Below are positions 39,343 through 51,013 of a stretch of DNA of 64,000 nucleotides, piece by piece. This stretch comes from Vicinamibacterales bacterium (GTDB taxonomy: Bacteria > Acidobacteriota > Vicinamibacteria > Vicinamibacterales > 2-12-FULL-66-21). The translations under genes were made by a program, and so were the position numbers. The DNA lies in NCBI GenBank assembly GCA_035637115.1, contig DASPXV010000197.1:6799-70798 (forward strand), read 5' to 3'. The notes beneath the pieces are model-generated. The model ran no database searches. It was not told the origin of the DNA and saw only the letters and a list, made by a program, of their open reading frames with translations. Within the stretch, counting starts at the first letter, position 1, and every line of letters starts with the position of its first letter.

Positions 39343-41814
39343 CTATTCGTGCCGCAGTGCCACCATCGGATCCACGCGCATGGCGCGGCGGGCCGGCAGG
39401 TAGCACGCGACGAGCGCGATGATCGAGAGCAGGGCAGTGACGAGGACGAACGTGGCGACGTCGAGCGAGCCCACGAGGAAGAAGAAGCGTGCGAGCGCGC
39501 GTGTCACGCCCGCGGCGATCACGAGGCCCGTAATGATCCCGCCGATGACGAGAATCGCTCCCTGGCGCAGCACGAGCCCGCGCACGATCGCCGGCTCCGC
39601 GCCGAGCGCGATCCGGATGCCCATCTCGCGCGTCCGCTGGCTCGCGCCGTACGACACGACACCATAGACGCCGACCACCGCGAGCAGCAGGCCCAGCACA
39701 CCCATGGCGGCGGCCTGCAGCGTGCCGACGCGGAAGAGCAGGAACCCCATTCCCCCTTCCACGACCTGCGTCAACGTCTTTACGTCGGCGACAGGTACTT
39801 CCGGATCCAGCACCTGGATTTCGCGCTGCACCAGCGGTCCCATCAACTCCGGAGGCGCGGAGGAGCGAATGTAGAGCACGCGCATGTAGAAGACGCTTTG
39901 ACGCATCGGAAAGTAGAGGTGCGGCAGCGGATTCTCGAAGACCGCCAGATACTTGCTGTCGCGCGCGACGCCCACGACTTTCCAGAGGCGTCCTTCGAAT
40001 CGCGGGATGACGAGCGTGCGGCCGATCGGGTCCTGGCCGGGCCAGATCCGCCGCGCCAGCGTTTCGTTGACGATCACCACGCGCGGCGATGATTCGTCGT
40101 CCTGCAGCGTGAATCCGCGTCCCGCGAGGATCGGAATCCGCATCAAGCCAAAGTAATCCGGCGTGACGGGGTTGCATCCGACATTGGATCGAGGCTCGTC
40201 GGCTGCCGCGATGTCTCCTTCCCGCGCCGCCACGCAGCCGTCGAAGATGTACCCCATCGGCACGCTAAACGCCATGGCGAACGACTCGACGCCCGGCAGC
40301 GCACGGATACGGCGCTCGAGCTCGTCGTAAAAGTTTTTGGTGCGCGGAAGATCATATCCGACCTGGTGCGGATCGATGCGCATCGTCAGCACGTTCGACG
40401 CATCGAAGCCCAGGTCCATCACCTGCGCGCGCTGGGTGCTGCGGATGCACAGCCCCGCGACGATGAGGAGCACGAGCGAACCCGCAACCTGGGCGACGAC
40501 CATCGCGCTGCGCAGGCGCTGGCGACCCGCGCCGGACGATCCGTGGCCCCCGTCGTGCAGCAGCGCCGTCACCTGCGCGCGCGATGCACGCGTCGCAGGA
40601 ATGAGTCCCATGAGACCGCCCGTGATGCCGGCGATCGCGGTCGCGTAAAGAAAGACGCGCCAGTCGTAGTGGAAATCGAGATTGAGCGGCAGATCGACAG
40701 CGACGTCGAGGCTCGCGACGAACAGGGACGTCGCCCACCGTGCGAGCACGAGCCCGGCTGCGGTACCGGCGAACGCGAGCAGCAGGCTCTCGACGAGGAG
40801 CAGGCGGATCAACCGCGCACGGCCGGAGCCGAGCGCCGCGCGCATTGCCATTTCGCGCTGGCGCGCCGTGGCGCGCACGAGCAGCAGGTTCGCGACGTTC
40901 ATGCACGCGATGAGCAGCACGAGACCCGCGAGGCCGAGCATCGAACCCTGGATGAGTGGAAGAATCTCTGACAGGAACCGCATCGGGATCGGCCGCGCCA
41001 TCGGTTCGGGCAGCACGCGCGCGGTCACGTTCCTCTCCTGTGGATACTCGTGCTGCAGCCGCTGTGCGATCACGTCAACGGCTCCCTGCGCGGTCCGGAC
41101 CGTGACGCCAGGCCGCAACCGCGCGATCATTGTCAGGAACCGGATAGTGCGGTCGGTGAACAGCCGTCCTGACTGCGCGGCGCGGCCCTGAAGCACGGTG
41201 AGCGGCGCGTATCCTTCGATCTCCGCGCCTTGGTACAGGCCATGAAATCCGGGCGGAGCGATGCCGATGATTCGTGCCGGCCGGCCGTCGAGACGAACGA
41301 CACTTCCCACGACGGACGCGTCACCGCCGAACCGGCGCTGCCAGAACTGGTAGCCGAGGACGAGCGCGATGTCGCCGCCGACATGCTCCCCTTCTCCCGG
41401 CTCGAATGCGCGGCCAAGAATGGGCGCGATTTGCAGCCCGCTGAAAAAGTTTCCGGTGACCGCGTGGTAGACGAACTGGGTCGTCTTTCCTCCCGTGGTC
41501 AGGCCGCCTATCCGCGTGTCGAACGCGAAGACGTCTGAGAAAACGCCTGTCTCGGAACGGTAGTCGGTCAGCGCTGGATACGAGAATCGGTATCGGAAGC
41601 CGGTTTCGTCGCCGGGCATTTCGGCGGCCACGACTACGATGCGGTCCGCCTGCGGCACCGGCAGCGGGCGCAGGTAGCCGTTGAGCAGACTGAAGATGCC
41701 GGTATTCGCCCCAATCCCGAGCGCGAGCGTCAGCACCGCGCTTATCGCGAACGCCGGCGCGCGCCGGATCTGCCGCAGCGCGAAGCGCACGTCCTGCGCG
41801 AGCGACCAGAGCAT
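39343..41814 (-). CDS. ADOP-type duplicated ABC permease
   Basis: [30 protein letters not shown]. Confidence 0.9.
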   Translation of the reverse strand: MLWSLAQDVRFALRQIRRAPAFAISAVLTLALGIGANTGIFSLLNGYLRPLPVPQADRIVVVAAEMPGDETGFRYRFSYPALTDYRSETGVFSDVFAFDTRIGGLTTGGKTTQFVYHAVTGNFFSGLQIAPILGRAFEPGEGEHVGGDIALVLGYQFWQRRFGGDASVVGSVVRLDGRPARIIGIAPPGFHGLYQGAEIEGYAPLTVLQGRAAQSGRLFTDRTIRFLTMIARLRPGVTVRTAQGAVDVIAQRLQHEYPQERNVTARVLPEPMARPIPMRFLSEILPLIQGSMLGLAGLVLLIACMNVANLLLVRATARQREMAMRAALGSGRARLIRLLLVESLLLAFAGTAAGLVLARWATSLFVASLDVAVDLPLNLDFHYDWRVFLYATAIAGITGGLMGLIPATRASRAQVTALLHDGGHGSSGAGRQRLRSAMVVAQVAGSLVLLIVAGLCIRSTQRAQVMDLGFDASNVLTMRIDPHQVGYDLPRTKNFYDELERRIRALPGVESFAMAFSVPMGYIFDGCVAAREGDIAAADEPRSNVGCNPVTPDYFGLMRIPILAGRGFTLQDDESSPRVVIVNETLARRIWPGQDPIGRTLVIPRFEGRLWKVVGVARDSKYLAVFENPLPHLYFPMRQSVFYMRVLYIRSSAPPELMGPLVQREIQVLDPEVPVADVKTLTQVVEGGMGFLLFRVGTLQAAAMGVLGLLLAVVGVYGVVSYGASQRTREMGIRIALGAEPAIVRGLVLRQGAILVIGGIITGLVIAAGVTRALARFFFLVGSLDVATFVLVTALLSIIALVACYLPARRAMRVDPMVALRHE

Positions 41815-41905
41815 TTGAGAAGGGTAGCCGATCAGCAGCCGGACGACTGCGCTGTTTCACAGCCGGGAATCTCGTCGACCCGGAGGAACACCACGCGATG
41901 ACCGG

Positions 41906-44329
41906 TCAGTCGCCCCGCAACGCGACGATCGGATGCACGTTCATCGCGCGTCGCGCGGGGAAGTAGCAGCCGATCAGCGCCGCCAGCGACATCGCCGCCA
42001 CGACGGCGCCCAGCGTCACCGGATCGCGCGGCGAGATGCCCCAGATCTGGCTGGCGAGCACGCGCATGACCGCGAGGCTTCCGAGGAGGCCGAGCACCAC
42101 TCCCGCGACAACGAGCCGCAGCGTCATGCCCATGACGAGACCGAAAACATCGGCGCGGCGCGCGCCGAGCGCCATGCGGATGCCGATCTCGTGGATCTGG
42201 CGCGAGACCGTGTAGGCGATCACGCTGTAGACCCCGACAGCCACGAGCAAGAGCCCCACGCCCGCGAACACGCTCAGGAGCGTGAGACTGAAGCGCGGCT
42301 CCGCGTACGAGAACTGCTTGAGAAACGCTGTGAGTGAACCGACGTTCGCGAGCGCCACAGTCCGATCGACGGTCCAGATCTCCTTGCGCACGCTGTTGAC
42401 CAGCGCCGTTGGTTCGCCTGCCGTCCTGACGAGAATGCCGCGCTGGAACGCTCCCGTCATCGTATAAGGAATCAGCACTTCGGGCACCGGCGGATCCTGA
42501 ATGCCGCTATTCTTCGCATCAGCGATGACACCGACGATGTCGAACAGCGGGTCGGGCACGCGTCCCTCCGGAACGCTCTCGAGAAACGACAGCTTGACGC
42601 GCTGCCCCAGCGGGTCCTCGGCTCCGAAGTACCGCTTCACCAGGGTTTCATTGATCACGGCGACCTTGCGTGCGCCGACAACGTCATCCGCCGACAGCAT
42701 GCGGCCCCGAGTGAGCCTCAGGCCCAGAGTTTTTGCGTACCCTTCGCTGACGAGTTGAAAGATGCCTGTCCATTTCTCCGTGTGTGTCTTGCCGGGCACG
42801 TCCAGGTCAGTGCCAATACCTCCGTACGGAGGCAGCGTCGTGGTCTCGGTCGCGGCAACTACGCCTGGCAGCGCGTGGACGCGCTGCAGCAACTGCTGAA
42901 AGAAGCGCTGCTTCTCTGCCGCTGTCTGGTACGTGCCGCGCTGGAACGGCAGCCGCACGACAAGGATGTTGTCGGGATTGAGGCCAAGATCGACGCGCTG
43001 CAACGCGACGAAGCTGCGCATCAGCAATCCCGCTCCTACGAGCAGCATCAGCGAGAGCGCGATCTCCGTCACGATCAACGCGCCGCGCAGCCGGCCGCCG
43101 CGAAAGCCGGCGCCGACCCCCTTCCCTGAATCCTTGAGCGGCTCGACGATGTTGCGCCGCACCGATTGAGTGGCCGGCACCAGGCCGAAAAGCACCACCG
43201 TGAAGACGGCGAGTCCGAGGCTGAAGGCGAGCACCGGCAGGTTCAGGCGGATGACGACTTCACGTGGAATGAAGCCATCGGGGATCAGCGGCACGATCGC
43301 CTTGATGCCGCCATACGCGAACAGGCAGCCGAATACGACGCCGCCGGCTGCGAGCAGCAGGCTTTCGATCAACAGCTGCCGAATCAGCCGCGAGCGGCTG
43401 GCGCCGAGCGATGCCCGAACCGCCATTTCCCTGGCGCGCGCCGTCGACCGCGCGAGCAGCATGATCGCCACGTTGAAGCAGGCGATCACGAGCAGCAATC
43501 CGACCGCGGCGGACATCGTGTATAGCGTCTTCCGGAACTGTCCCACGATGCTGTCGACCCAGCTGACGACAATCACATTGAACTGTTTGGGGTAGTTCTG
43601 CGGATTCGCGGCGGCGTACCGATGCGCGATGACGTCGAGATCCGCGGCGGCCTGGGCCAGCGTGACGCCGGGCTTGAGCCGTGCCTGGAACACGAAGAAA
43701 CGCTGCTTGACCAGCGGATCGCCGCGATTCAGGGCCACCGGCCTCCAGAGATCCGCCGCGATCTTCGTGAACCGCGCCGGCATCACGCCGACGACCGTCG
43801 TCGGCACACCATTGAGCACCAGCGTGCGCCCGACGATTGTTGGATCTGCGTTGAAATGCTTGACCCACATCTTGTGGGCCATCACGAATACTGGAGGCGC
43901 GCCGGTCGTCGCGTCAGCCGGCGTAAGCGTGCGCCCCAGCTGGGCCGCCACACCAAGGAACTGAAACGTGTTCGGCGTCACGGCGCCGCCAGTCAGCTGT
44001 TCCGTCCCCTCGGCCGTCGTCATCAGGACGTCTTCCCCCGTTCCCCCGATCACGTCTTCGAAGACGTGGTTCTGTTCGACGTAGTCCAGAAACTCCGGGG
44101 TCTGCAGCGCGGTTCGGCCGAACGGTTGTGGATTCGTGGCGTCATGAATCCTGATCGCCGCGACCCGGTCCGCATCCTTGTACGGGAAGGGATCGAGCAG
44201 CACGTTCTGGATGACGCTGAAAATCGTCGTCGCCGCGCCGATGCCGAGCGCCAGCGTCAGCACGGCGAGGGTCGTGAATGCGGGCTGCTTCAGGATCGCC
44301 CGAAGCCCGTAGCGGAGGTCCTGCCACAT
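41906..44329 (-). CDS. ADOP-type duplicated ABC permease
   Basis: [25 protein letters not shown]. Confidence 0.9.
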   Translation of the reverse strand: MWQDLRYGLRAILKQPAFTTLAVLTLALGIGAATTIFSVIQNVLLDPFPYKDADRVAAIRIHDATNPQPFGRTALQTPEFLDYVEQNHVFEDVIGGTGEDVLMTTAEGTEQLTGGAVTPNTFQFLGVAAQLGRTLTPADATTGAPPVFVMAHKMWVKHFNADPTIVGRTLVLNGVPTTVVGVMPARFTKIAADLWRPVALNRGDPLVKQRFFVFQARLKPGVTLAQAAADLDVIAHRYAAANPQNYPKQFNVIVVSWVDSIVGQFRKTLYTMSAAVGLLLVIACFNVAIMLLARSTARAREMAVRASLGASRSRLIRQLLIESLLLAAGGVVFGCLFAYGGIKAIVPLIPDGFIPREVVIRLNLPVLAFSLGLAVFTVVLFGLVPATQSVRRNIVEPLKDSGKGVGAGFRGGRLRGALIVTEIALSLMLLVGAGLLMRSFVALQRVDLGLNPDNILVVRLPFQRGTYQTAAEKQRFFQQLLQRVHALPGVVAATETTTLPPYGGIGTDLDVPGKTHTEKWTGIFQLVSEGYAKTLGLRLTRGRMLSADDVVGARKVAVINETLVKRYFGAEDPLGQRVKLSFLESVPEGRVPDPLFDIVGVIADAKNSGIQDPPVPEVLIPYTMTGAFQRGILVRTAGEPTALVNSVRKEIWTVDRTVALANVGSLTAFLKQFSYAEPRFSLTLLSVFAGVGLLLVAVGVYSVIAYTVSRQIHEIGIRMALGARRADVFGLVMGMTLRLVVAGVVLGLLGSLAVMRVLASQIWGISPRDPVTLGAVVAAMSLAALIGCYFPARRAMNVHPIVALRGD

Positions 44330-44359
44330 CTGTCACCCGATCCTTACGCGCTCGGGCGT

Positions 44360-44365
44360 TATAAT
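44360..44365 (+). promoter_or_regulatory. -10 box TATAAT, probable leaderless glnS promoter
   Basis: Perfect TATAAT 6 nt before the TTG at 44372; no Shine-Dalgarno. Confidence 0.55.
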
Positions 44366-44371
44366 CAAGAG

Positions 44372-46024
44372 TTGCTCGACTTCATTCGTACCATCATCGC
44401 CGAGGACCTGGCGGCCGGCCGCAACGCCGGCCGGGTGGCCACGCGTTTTCCGCCGGAGCCGAACGGGTACCTCCACATCGGACACGCCAAGTCGATCTGC
44501 CTGAACTTCGGAGTGGCGCGCGACTACGGCGGTACGTGCAACCTGCGTTTCGACGACACGAACCCGACGAAGGAAGACGTCGAGTACGTCGAGTCCATCG
44601 AGGAGGATGTCCGCTGGCTTGGCTTCGACTGGAGCAGCCTGCACTTCGCCTCCGATTATTTCGAACAGCTGTACGAATATGCCGTCTACCTGATCCGTGA
44701 GGGCAAGGCCTACGTCGACAGCCAGAGTGCCGATGAAATCCGCCGCAACCGCGGGACGCTGACCGAACCGGGCACGGACAGCCCGTTTCGGAACCGGACG
44801 CCGGCGGAGAATCTCGATCTATTTACGCGGATGCGCGCGGGGGAGTTCGCCGACGGCGAGCACGTGCTGCGCGCGCGCATCGACATGGCGTCGCCGAACA
44901 TCAACATGCGCGACCCGGTCCTCTACCGGATAAGGCGGGCGCACCACCATCGCACGGGCGATGCGTGGTGCATCTATCCGATGTACGACTTCGCGCATCC
45001 GCCATCCGACGCGCTGGAAGAGATCACACACTCACTCTGCACGCTCGAGTTCGAGGATCATCGGCCGCTGTACGACTGGCTGGTGGACAGCCTGCCGGTG
45101 CCGGCAAAGCCGCGGCAGATTGAGTTCGCGCGGCTGAACCTGACCTACACCGTCATGAGCAAGCGCAGGCTGCTCGAGATCGTGCAGGAAGGGCACGTGT
45201 CGGGGTGGGACGATCCCCGCATGCCCACGATCGTGGCCATGCGCCGCCGCGGCTACACACCCGATGCGATCCGCGCGTTCTGCGATCGCATCGGCGTCGC
45301 GAAGCGCGAGAACCTCGTGGACGTCGCGCTCCTGGAGCACGCGGTCCGCGAGGATTTGAACAAACGTGCGCCGCGCGTCATGGGCGTGCTGCGTCCGCTG
45401 AAAGTCGTCCTCGAGAATTACCCGGAAGGGCAGACGGAATACCTCGACGTCGTGAACAACCCGGAAGATGCCGAGGCGGGTACGCGGCAGGTCCCGTTCT
45501 CGCGCGAGCTTTACATCGAACGCGACGACTTCCGGGAGGATCCGCCGAAGAAATTCTTCCGGCTCGCGCCCGGGCGCGAAGTGCGGCTGCGCTGCGGCTA
45601 TTTCATTACCTGCCAGCGCGTGGTGAAGGACGCAACCGGCGAGGTCACCGAGCTGCGGTGCACGTACGATCCCGCCACGCGCGGAGGGGACGCGCCGGAC
45701 GGCCGCAAAGTGAAGGCCACCCTGCACTGGGTGTCAGCCGTGCACGCCGTCGATGCCGAAGTGCGGCTGTACGATCGGCTGTTCAGCGTCGAAGAGCCCG
45801 GGAAGGTCGAAGATTACCGGACGGTGCTCAACCCGGCGTCGCTGGTGCTCGTCACCGACGCGAAGGTCGAGCCCTCGGCCGCCACGGCGCCCGCGGGATC
45901 GCGGTTCCAGTTCGAGCGCATCGGCTATTTCTGCGTGGATCCGGACACGACACCGCAGCGGCCGGTCTTCAATCGGACGGTGTCGCTCAAGGACACCTGG
46001 GCGAAGATCGAAGGGAAGTCCTAA
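44372..46024 (+). CDS. glnS: glutaminyl-tRNA synthetase
   Basis: [46 protein letters not shown]. Confidence 0.96.
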   Translation: MLDFIRTIIAEDLAAGRNAGRVATRFPPEPNGYLHIGHAKSICLNFGVARDYGGTCNLRFDDTNPTKEDVEYVESIEEDVRWLGFDWSSLHFASDYFEQLYEYAVYLIREGKAYVDSQSADEIRRNRGTLTEPGTDSPFRNRTPAENLDLFTRMRAGEFADGEHVLRARIDMASPNINMRDPVLYRIRRAHHHRTGDAWCIYPMYDFAHPPSDALEEITHSLCTLEFEDHRPLYDWLVDSLPVPAKPRQIEFARLNLTYTVMSKRRLLEIVQEGHVSGWDDPRMPTIVAMRRRGYTPDAIRAFCDRIGVAKRENLVDVALLEHAVREDLNKRAPRVMGVLRPLKVVLENYPEGQTEYLDVVNNPEDAEAGTRQVPFSRELYIERDDFREDPPKKFFRLAPGREVRLRCGYFITCQRVVKDATGEVTELRCTYDPATRGGDAPDGRKVKATLHWVSAVHAVDAEVRLYDRLFSVEEPGKVEDYRTVLNPASLVLVTDAKVEPSAATAPAGSRFQFERIGYFCVDPDTTPQRPVFNRTVSLKDTWAKIEGKS

Positions 46025-46716
46025 TCGAATTCTCCGCTCGCAATCCGCTCCACGAGCTGATCAAGCGAACGCACGCGCGGGCAGTCGGCGTCCGGCCTGA
46101 GATCCGCTTCGTCAAGCATCACGCCGCGGAGACCGGCGCTGCGCGCGCCGAGCACATCGACGTGATACAGGTCGCCGACGTGGATGGTCGTGTCTTTCCG
46201 TGCGCCGCTGCGCGCGAGCGCGATTTCGAAAAAGCGCGGGTCCGGCTTTTCCACTCCCTCATCCGCTGAGTCCAGAACCCAATCGAACCGGCGGGTCAGA
46301 TCGATTCTGTCCATGTGCGCGCGGAGCGTTCCGTTCGCGTTCGAGACGACCACGAGGCGGAGATCGCGCGCGCGGAGCGCCTCGAGCGCGGGCACGACGT
46401 CGGGCGGAACGTACTCCCAGAGATTGCTCGCCGTGTGATATGCGTGTAAGTCCACGAGGGCAGCCCTGGTGCCGTCCGAGGGCATGACGCCGGCGTGCTT
46501 CAGAATCAGGTCGAAGAAAAGCCAGCCGCGACTTGCGTCGGTCGTGCCGCCAATCACGCGCCGGTCGTCCAGCTCGCGCCTGGCGACCGGATCGGCCTTC
46601 ATCAGGATTTCAGGGGAGGCGGAGACGCTGTGCGCCGCAAGGGCATCGGAGATCCGCCACCAGTTCGGATACATCAGGACGCCGCCGGCGTCCAGGAATA
46701 CCGTCTCGAGTGCCAC
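46021..46716 (-). CDS. HAD-family hydrolase
   Basis: FLDAGG, VSN, KPDP, HVGD. Confidence 0.9.
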   Translation of the reverse strand: MALETVFLDAGGVLMYPNWWRISDALAAHSVSASPEILMKADPVARRELDDRRVIGGTTDASRGWLFFDLILKHAGVMPSDGTRAALVDLHAYHTASNLWEYVPPDVVPALEALRARDLRLVVVSNANGTLRAHMDRIDLTRRFDWVLDSADEGVEKPDPRFFEIALARSGARKDTTIHVGDLYHVDVLGARSAGLRGVMLDEADLRPDADCPRVRSLDQLVERIASGEFD

Positions 46717-46725
46717 GCGATAATG

Positions 46726-49197
46726 TTAGTCGTTCAGCGCAATCAGCGGATCGATGCGCGCGGCGCGGCGAGCGGGAACGGCGCATGCGGCAAAGGCGAC
46801 CAAGCCGAGCACCGCCGCGACAGCGGCGAGCACCACCGGATCCATCGGCTGCACGCCGAACAGCTGCGTCTCCATCGCTTTTCGGATCACGAAGGCACCG
46901 CCGAGTCCCACGCCCACGCCCGCGCCGAGCAGCCAGAGCCCCTCGGAGACGATGAGGCCGAAGATGCGGCGGCCGTCGCTGCCGAGCGCGATCCTGATGC
47001 CGATCTCCTTGCGCCGCTGTGCGACTTGGTACGCGAGCACGCCGTAGATGCCGATCGCCGCAAGAAACAATGCGATGCCGCCAAACAGCGACGCCAGCAG
47101 CATCGGCGTCTTCCGGCTCACGAGCGATTCGTCCACGCGCTGCTGCATCGGCTTGACTGAAAAAAACGGCAGCTCCGGATCGATCGCGCGTACCTGCTGG
47201 CGGATGCTGCCGGCAATGGACGACGGATCTCCCGCCGTCCGCGTCACGAGCGTCATTCCGCGTCCGACGTTCTGCGCGAACGGGAAGTAATACATGCCGA
47301 CGGGCTCCTTTTCGGTCAGCCCGCGCGTTCTGACGTTACCGACGACGCCGACGACGGTATAGAAACGGGTCTTCGGTCCAGGGCCGGCGGTCAATTCCCC
47401 GGCCGACTCCGGCTTCCACATGCGTCGTCCGATCGGATCCGCATCCTTCCAGAAACGAGTGGCGAGGCGCTCGTCGACGATCACGACGCTGGGCGCGCGC
47501 TCGTCGTCGGAATCGGCGAAGAGGCGGCCGCGCTTGAGCGGGATCGACATGGCCTCGAAATAACCGGCAGATACTGACGTGTTGTAGGGGGAGATGAGCG
47601 ACTCGCCTGGCGACATTGCGTAACCTTCCGCCAGGATCACGCTGTCGCTGTAATCGCCACCGAGCGGAATACCGCCTGCGATTCCCGCCGCGTTCACGCC
47701 GGGCAGCGCGCGCACGCGAGACAGGAGAGAGTTCCAGAAGCCGCGAAGCGCCGCATCATCCTTGTAACGCGCCGCGGGTGGGCTCACGATCCCCGTGAGT
47801 ACGTGACTGGCGTCGAAACCGGGACGCACCGCGAGCACACGCTGGAAACTTGCGAGCAGCAATCCGGCGCCAATTAGCAGCATGAACGCGAACGCAATCT
47901 GCGCCGTGACGAGAGAGCGTCGCGCGACACGGGCGCCGCGGCTTGCCGTGCCCGATCGTCCCTCTTGGCGGAAGGTCTGGCTCAAATTCAGGTGGCGCAA
48001 GCTCAGGATCGGAACGAGTCCGATCAGGACCGACAGGGCGAGTGCGAGCCCGAACGTGAACGCCACCACCGCACCATCCACGGTGACGGTCGTCCCCTGC
48101 GGCGTTGCGTCGAGGCTGAGCGACGACAGGACGCGGACGCCGGCGTATGCAAGGGCGAGGCCCAGCAGCGCGCCTGCAACGGAGAGCACGACGGTCTCCG
48201 TCAAAAGCTGTCGCGCGATACGCGCCAGTCCTGCACCGAGCGCGTGCCTCGTCGCCAGCTCGCGCGTGCGCGCGCTCGATCGCACGAGCATCAGGTTGGT
48301 GACGTTCACCGCCCCGACCAGCAGGACGAACACGACGCCTCCCCAAAGGAGATACAGCGTATTGCGGATGTCGCGGACGAGGTACGCCTGGAGCGGAACG
48401 ACGACGGTATGGAATCCGGCGTTGATCAGGATCTGTTTCAGCTTGGGAAACCGATCGAGGTTGCGGGCATTCAACGCGTCGATCTGCTGCCGCGCCTGCT
48501 CCACGGTGGCGCCCGGTTTCAGTCGCGCGACGTACGACCAGTTGTTGCTGTGGCGCGATTCGTCCGACTTCTGTTCGGCCGTGAACGCCACCGGCACCCA
48601 GACTTTCACGTCCGGTTCGAGGAAACTGAATCCGCGCGGCAGGATGCCGACCACCGTGTAAGGCTCCCCGCCGATGCGGACGTCGCGGCCAACCGCGTTG
48701 TCCTGTCCGCCGAACCACTGCTGCCATGAGGCGTAGGTCAGCACGACCTTGTGGGTCTTGCCGATCTCTCCTTCTTCATCCATAAAGAGACGTCCGCGGA
48801 TCGGCTGCACCTGCAAAAGGCGCAGCAGCGACGGCGTGGCCAGCATTGCCGTGATGCGTTGCGGTTCCGCATCACCACCCAGCGTCATGCCGCGAGTGTT
48901 ATAGAGCGCCTGCTCCTGAAAGACGTCCGTTTCTTTCAGCCTGTCGTAGTAGTCCGGAACCCCGGTGGAACCGCCCTCGTCGCTTACGCCGGCGCCCGGG
49001 TAGGCGTTGTACATGTAAACGAGCTGTCGGGCGTTGCGGACCGGCAGGGGCTGTAACAGGACGGCGTTGACGACGGCGAAGATCGTCGCGTTCGCACCGA
49101 TGCACACGGCGAGCGTGATGATGGCGGTGGTGGCGAAGCCGCGGTCCTTCCAAAGGAGCCGGCTCGCGAAACGCAGGTCTTGTAGAAGACGTTCCAT
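46726..49197 (-). CDS. ADOP-type duplicated ABC permease
   Basis: [33 protein letters not shown]. Confidence 0.9.
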   Translation of the reverse strand: MERLLQDLRFASRLLWKDRGFATTAIITLAVCIGANATIFAVVNAVLLQPLPVRNARQLVYMYNAYPGAGVSDEGGSTGVPDYYDRLKETDVFQEQALYNTRGMTLGGDAEPQRITAMLATPSLLRLLQVQPIRGRLFMDEEGEIGKTHKVVLTYASWQQWFGGQDNAVGRDVRIGGEPYTVVGILPRGFSFLEPDVKVWVPVAFTAEQKSDESRHSNNWSYVARLKPGATVEQARQQIDALNARNLDRFPKLKQILINAGFHTVVVPLQAYLVRDIRNTLYLLWGGVVFVLLVGAVNVTNLMLVRSSARTRELATRHALGAGLARIARQLLTETVVLSVAGALLGLALAYAGVRVLSSLSLDATPQGTTVTVDGAVVAFTFGLALALSVLIGLVPILSLRHLNLSQTFRQEGRSGTASRGARVARRSLVTAQIAFAFMLLIGAGLLLASFQRVLAVRPGFDASHVLTGIVSPPAARYKDDAALRGFWNSLLSRVRALPGVNAAGIAGGIPLGGDYSDSVILAEGYAMSPGESLISPYNTSVSAGYFEAMSIPLKRGRLFADSDDERAPSVVIVDERLATRFWKDADPIGRRMWKPESAGELTAGPGPKTRFYTVVGVVGNVRTRGLTEKEPVGMYYFPFAQNVGRGMTLVTRTAGDPSSIAGSIRQQVRAIDPELPFFSVKPMQQRVDESLVSRKTPMLLASLFGGIALFLAAIGIYGVLAYQVAQRRKEIGIRIALGSDGRRIFGLIVSEGLWLLGAGVGVGLGGAFVIRKAMETQLFGVQPMDPVVLAAVAAVLGLVAFAACAVPARRAARIDPLIALND

Positions 49198-49229
49198 TTG
49201 AATTTATACGAGCCCCGTTCGGGCGTTGT

Positions 49230-50261
49230 TCAGCGCATCGGAACACCGACGTTGGCGATCGTTTCTCCTTTGGTCATCGACGGGACGGCGCGGATGAAAA
49301 GAATGATGCCGCTCTCAGGCGCGCGCGCTTCGAGGATCGGCTTGCCAAGGTAGTCGGTGACGTATCCGACTTTCGCGCCTTTCTGCACGTATGACCCGCG
49401 CGTCACGAGTGGATAGAAAATGCCGGTGGCCTCGCTCGCGATCGTCGCGACCCGCTCGATCCACACCGGAGATTCGATGTTCGAAGGCGCGCCCGGCAGC
49501 ATCTTCAGGTAGCGCATGACGGAGATCGATCCGTTGACGAGCGCATCCACGTCGCGCGGCTCGACCGTGCCGGCGTGCCCCGCCTCGGCGGTGAAGGAAG
49601 GCTTGCCGCGGGTGGACGCCGTGTTCTCGAGGTAACGGGATGCGGCGGGATCTTTGGGACGATCCGCCGAGATGATGATCGTGTCGAGCCCGAACGCGAG
49701 CAGCATCTCTCGCGACATCGCGTCCTGCTTCTCGTTGCCCGTCTTCGTCCAGTACGAGTAGGGGCGCAGGCTTTCATCGAGATCGCCTCCGTGCAGGTCG
49801 ATCAGGTGGTCGCATTTCTCCACCACCTCGCGCGTCATCGCGAGCGACGCGCGTTCCGTCTGCGTTCCGTCGGCTTTGCCCGGATAAAACCGATTCATGC
49901 TCTTGCCGTCGACCGGGTTGACGTGCGCGATCTTCTGCTCGAACGACGGCACGTTGACGAGGGGTACGAGGATCACCGTGCCGCTGATCGCCTTCGCGTC
50001 GAGCTGCTGGATCAGCCGTTCGACGGCAATGATCGACGCGTACTCGGTGCCGTGCGCGCCGGAGACGATGGCGAGAACGGGACCGGGGCTGGCACCGTGG
50101 ACGACCGCGACGGGAATCGACAGCGCCGCATCGCTGCCAGCGGGAACTTCAATGGCGCCGCGGCCCGTTTCCCCGCGCGGTACGGCGGCGGTGCCGACGC
50201 GGAAGACGGAATCCTGCGAGCCGAGCAGTAGCAGCGTGGCGGAGAGAACGAGGGGGTGCAT
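49230..50261 (-). CDS. succinylglutamate desuccinylase/aspartoacylase (M14-like) metallohydrolase
   Basis: HGTE, NRFYPG, DLHGG, AEAG. Confidence 0.88.
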   Translation of the reverse strand: MHPLVLSATLLLLGSQDSVFRVGTAAVPRGETGRGAIEVPAGSDAALSIPVAVVHGASPGPVLAIVSGAHGTEYASIIAVERLIQQLDAKAISGTVILVPLVNVPSFEQKIAHVNPVDGKSMNRFYPGKADGTQTERASLAMTREVVEKCDHLIDLHGGDLDESLRPYSYWTKTGNEKQDAMSREMLLAFGLDTIIISADRPKDPAASRYLENTASTRGKPSFTAEAGHAGTVEPRDVDALVNGSISVMRYLKMLPGAPSNIESPVWIERVATIASEATGIFYPLVTRGSYVQKGAKVGYVTDYLGKPILEARAPESGIILFIRAVPSMTKGETIANVGVPMR

Positions 50262-50352
50262 GCGCCCTTGTACTCGATCGCGCCGAACGTTGCCAGCGAC
50301 TCTCATGTTGACGTCCAACATGAGACGGCATATGCTCCTGTTGGGAATCAAC

Positions 50353-50694
50353 ATGAACAAGGCAGACGTTCTCCAGGGCACGCTCGACCTGATGGTGCTG
50401 AAGACGCTCGAGTCGATGGGCCCGCTGCACGGCTACGGCATCGCGCAGCGCCTGCAGCAGGTGTCGGGCAGCCTTCTCCAGTTGAACCAGGGCACGTTGT
50501 ACCCGGCGCTGCTGCGGCTCGAGCAGCGTGGGTGGATCAGCTCGAAGTGGGGGACGTCGGAAAACAACCGGCGCGCCCGCTTCTACGCGCTGACTCGCGC
50601 GGGACGACGCCAGCTGCTCCGCGAGGCCGAAGACTGGCACCGCATGGCCTCAATCATGACGCGCGTCCTCGGCGGGACGGAGGAGATGCCGTGA
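50353..50694 (+). CDS. PadR-family regulator (Acidobacterial ADOP-associated type)
   Basis: LQGTLDLMVLK, HGYGI, GTLYPAL.RLE, WGTSENNRRARFY. Confidence 0.92.
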   Translation: MNKADVLQGTLDLMVLKTLESMGPLHGYGIAQRLQQVSGSLLQLNQGTLYPALLRLEQRGWISSKWGTSENNRRARFYALTRAGRRQLLREAEDWHRMASIMTRVLGGTEEMP

Positions 50695-50998
50695 TCGACT
50701 GGCGCGAACGCAGCCGGTCGTTCGAAAGCCTTGCGATGATGCGTTCGTGGGCGCCGACGCTTCTCACGAATGGTGAAGCGGAGCGGATCCCGGCGGTGCG
50801 CGTCAGCTGGAACTATTTCGACATGCTCGGCGTGCGGCCGGCGATCGGCCGCGGGTTTACGACCGACGACGACCGCCCCGACCACTGGCGAGTGCTGCTC
50901 CTGAGCGATCGTCTGTGGCGCTGGCGCTCGTCGCGCATTGGGTCCCCGTTCGGCGGGCCCTGCGGATCGATCCCGCGGACGCGCTGCGAGCGGAGTAG
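50691..50998 (+). pseudogene. internally deleted ADOP permease remnant
   Basis: DWRERSRSFE..LSDRLWR joined out of frame to the C-terminus ALVAHWVPVRRALRIDPADALRAE*; close paralogue of 51014-53671. Confidence 0.8.
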
Positions 50999-51013
50999 CC
51001 GTCCGGCAAGGTC

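Noticed and set aside
37419..39422. Long antisense ORFs (e.g. 667 aa here, 658 aa at 50813-52789, 553 aa at 14851-16512)
   Set aside because: Arg/His-rich with no recognisable motifs; expected from codon bias of the sense gene
43622..44371. 250-aa N-terminal extension on GlnRS
   Set aside because: It is antisense to an ADOP gene; homology starts at TTG 44372, just after a TATAAT
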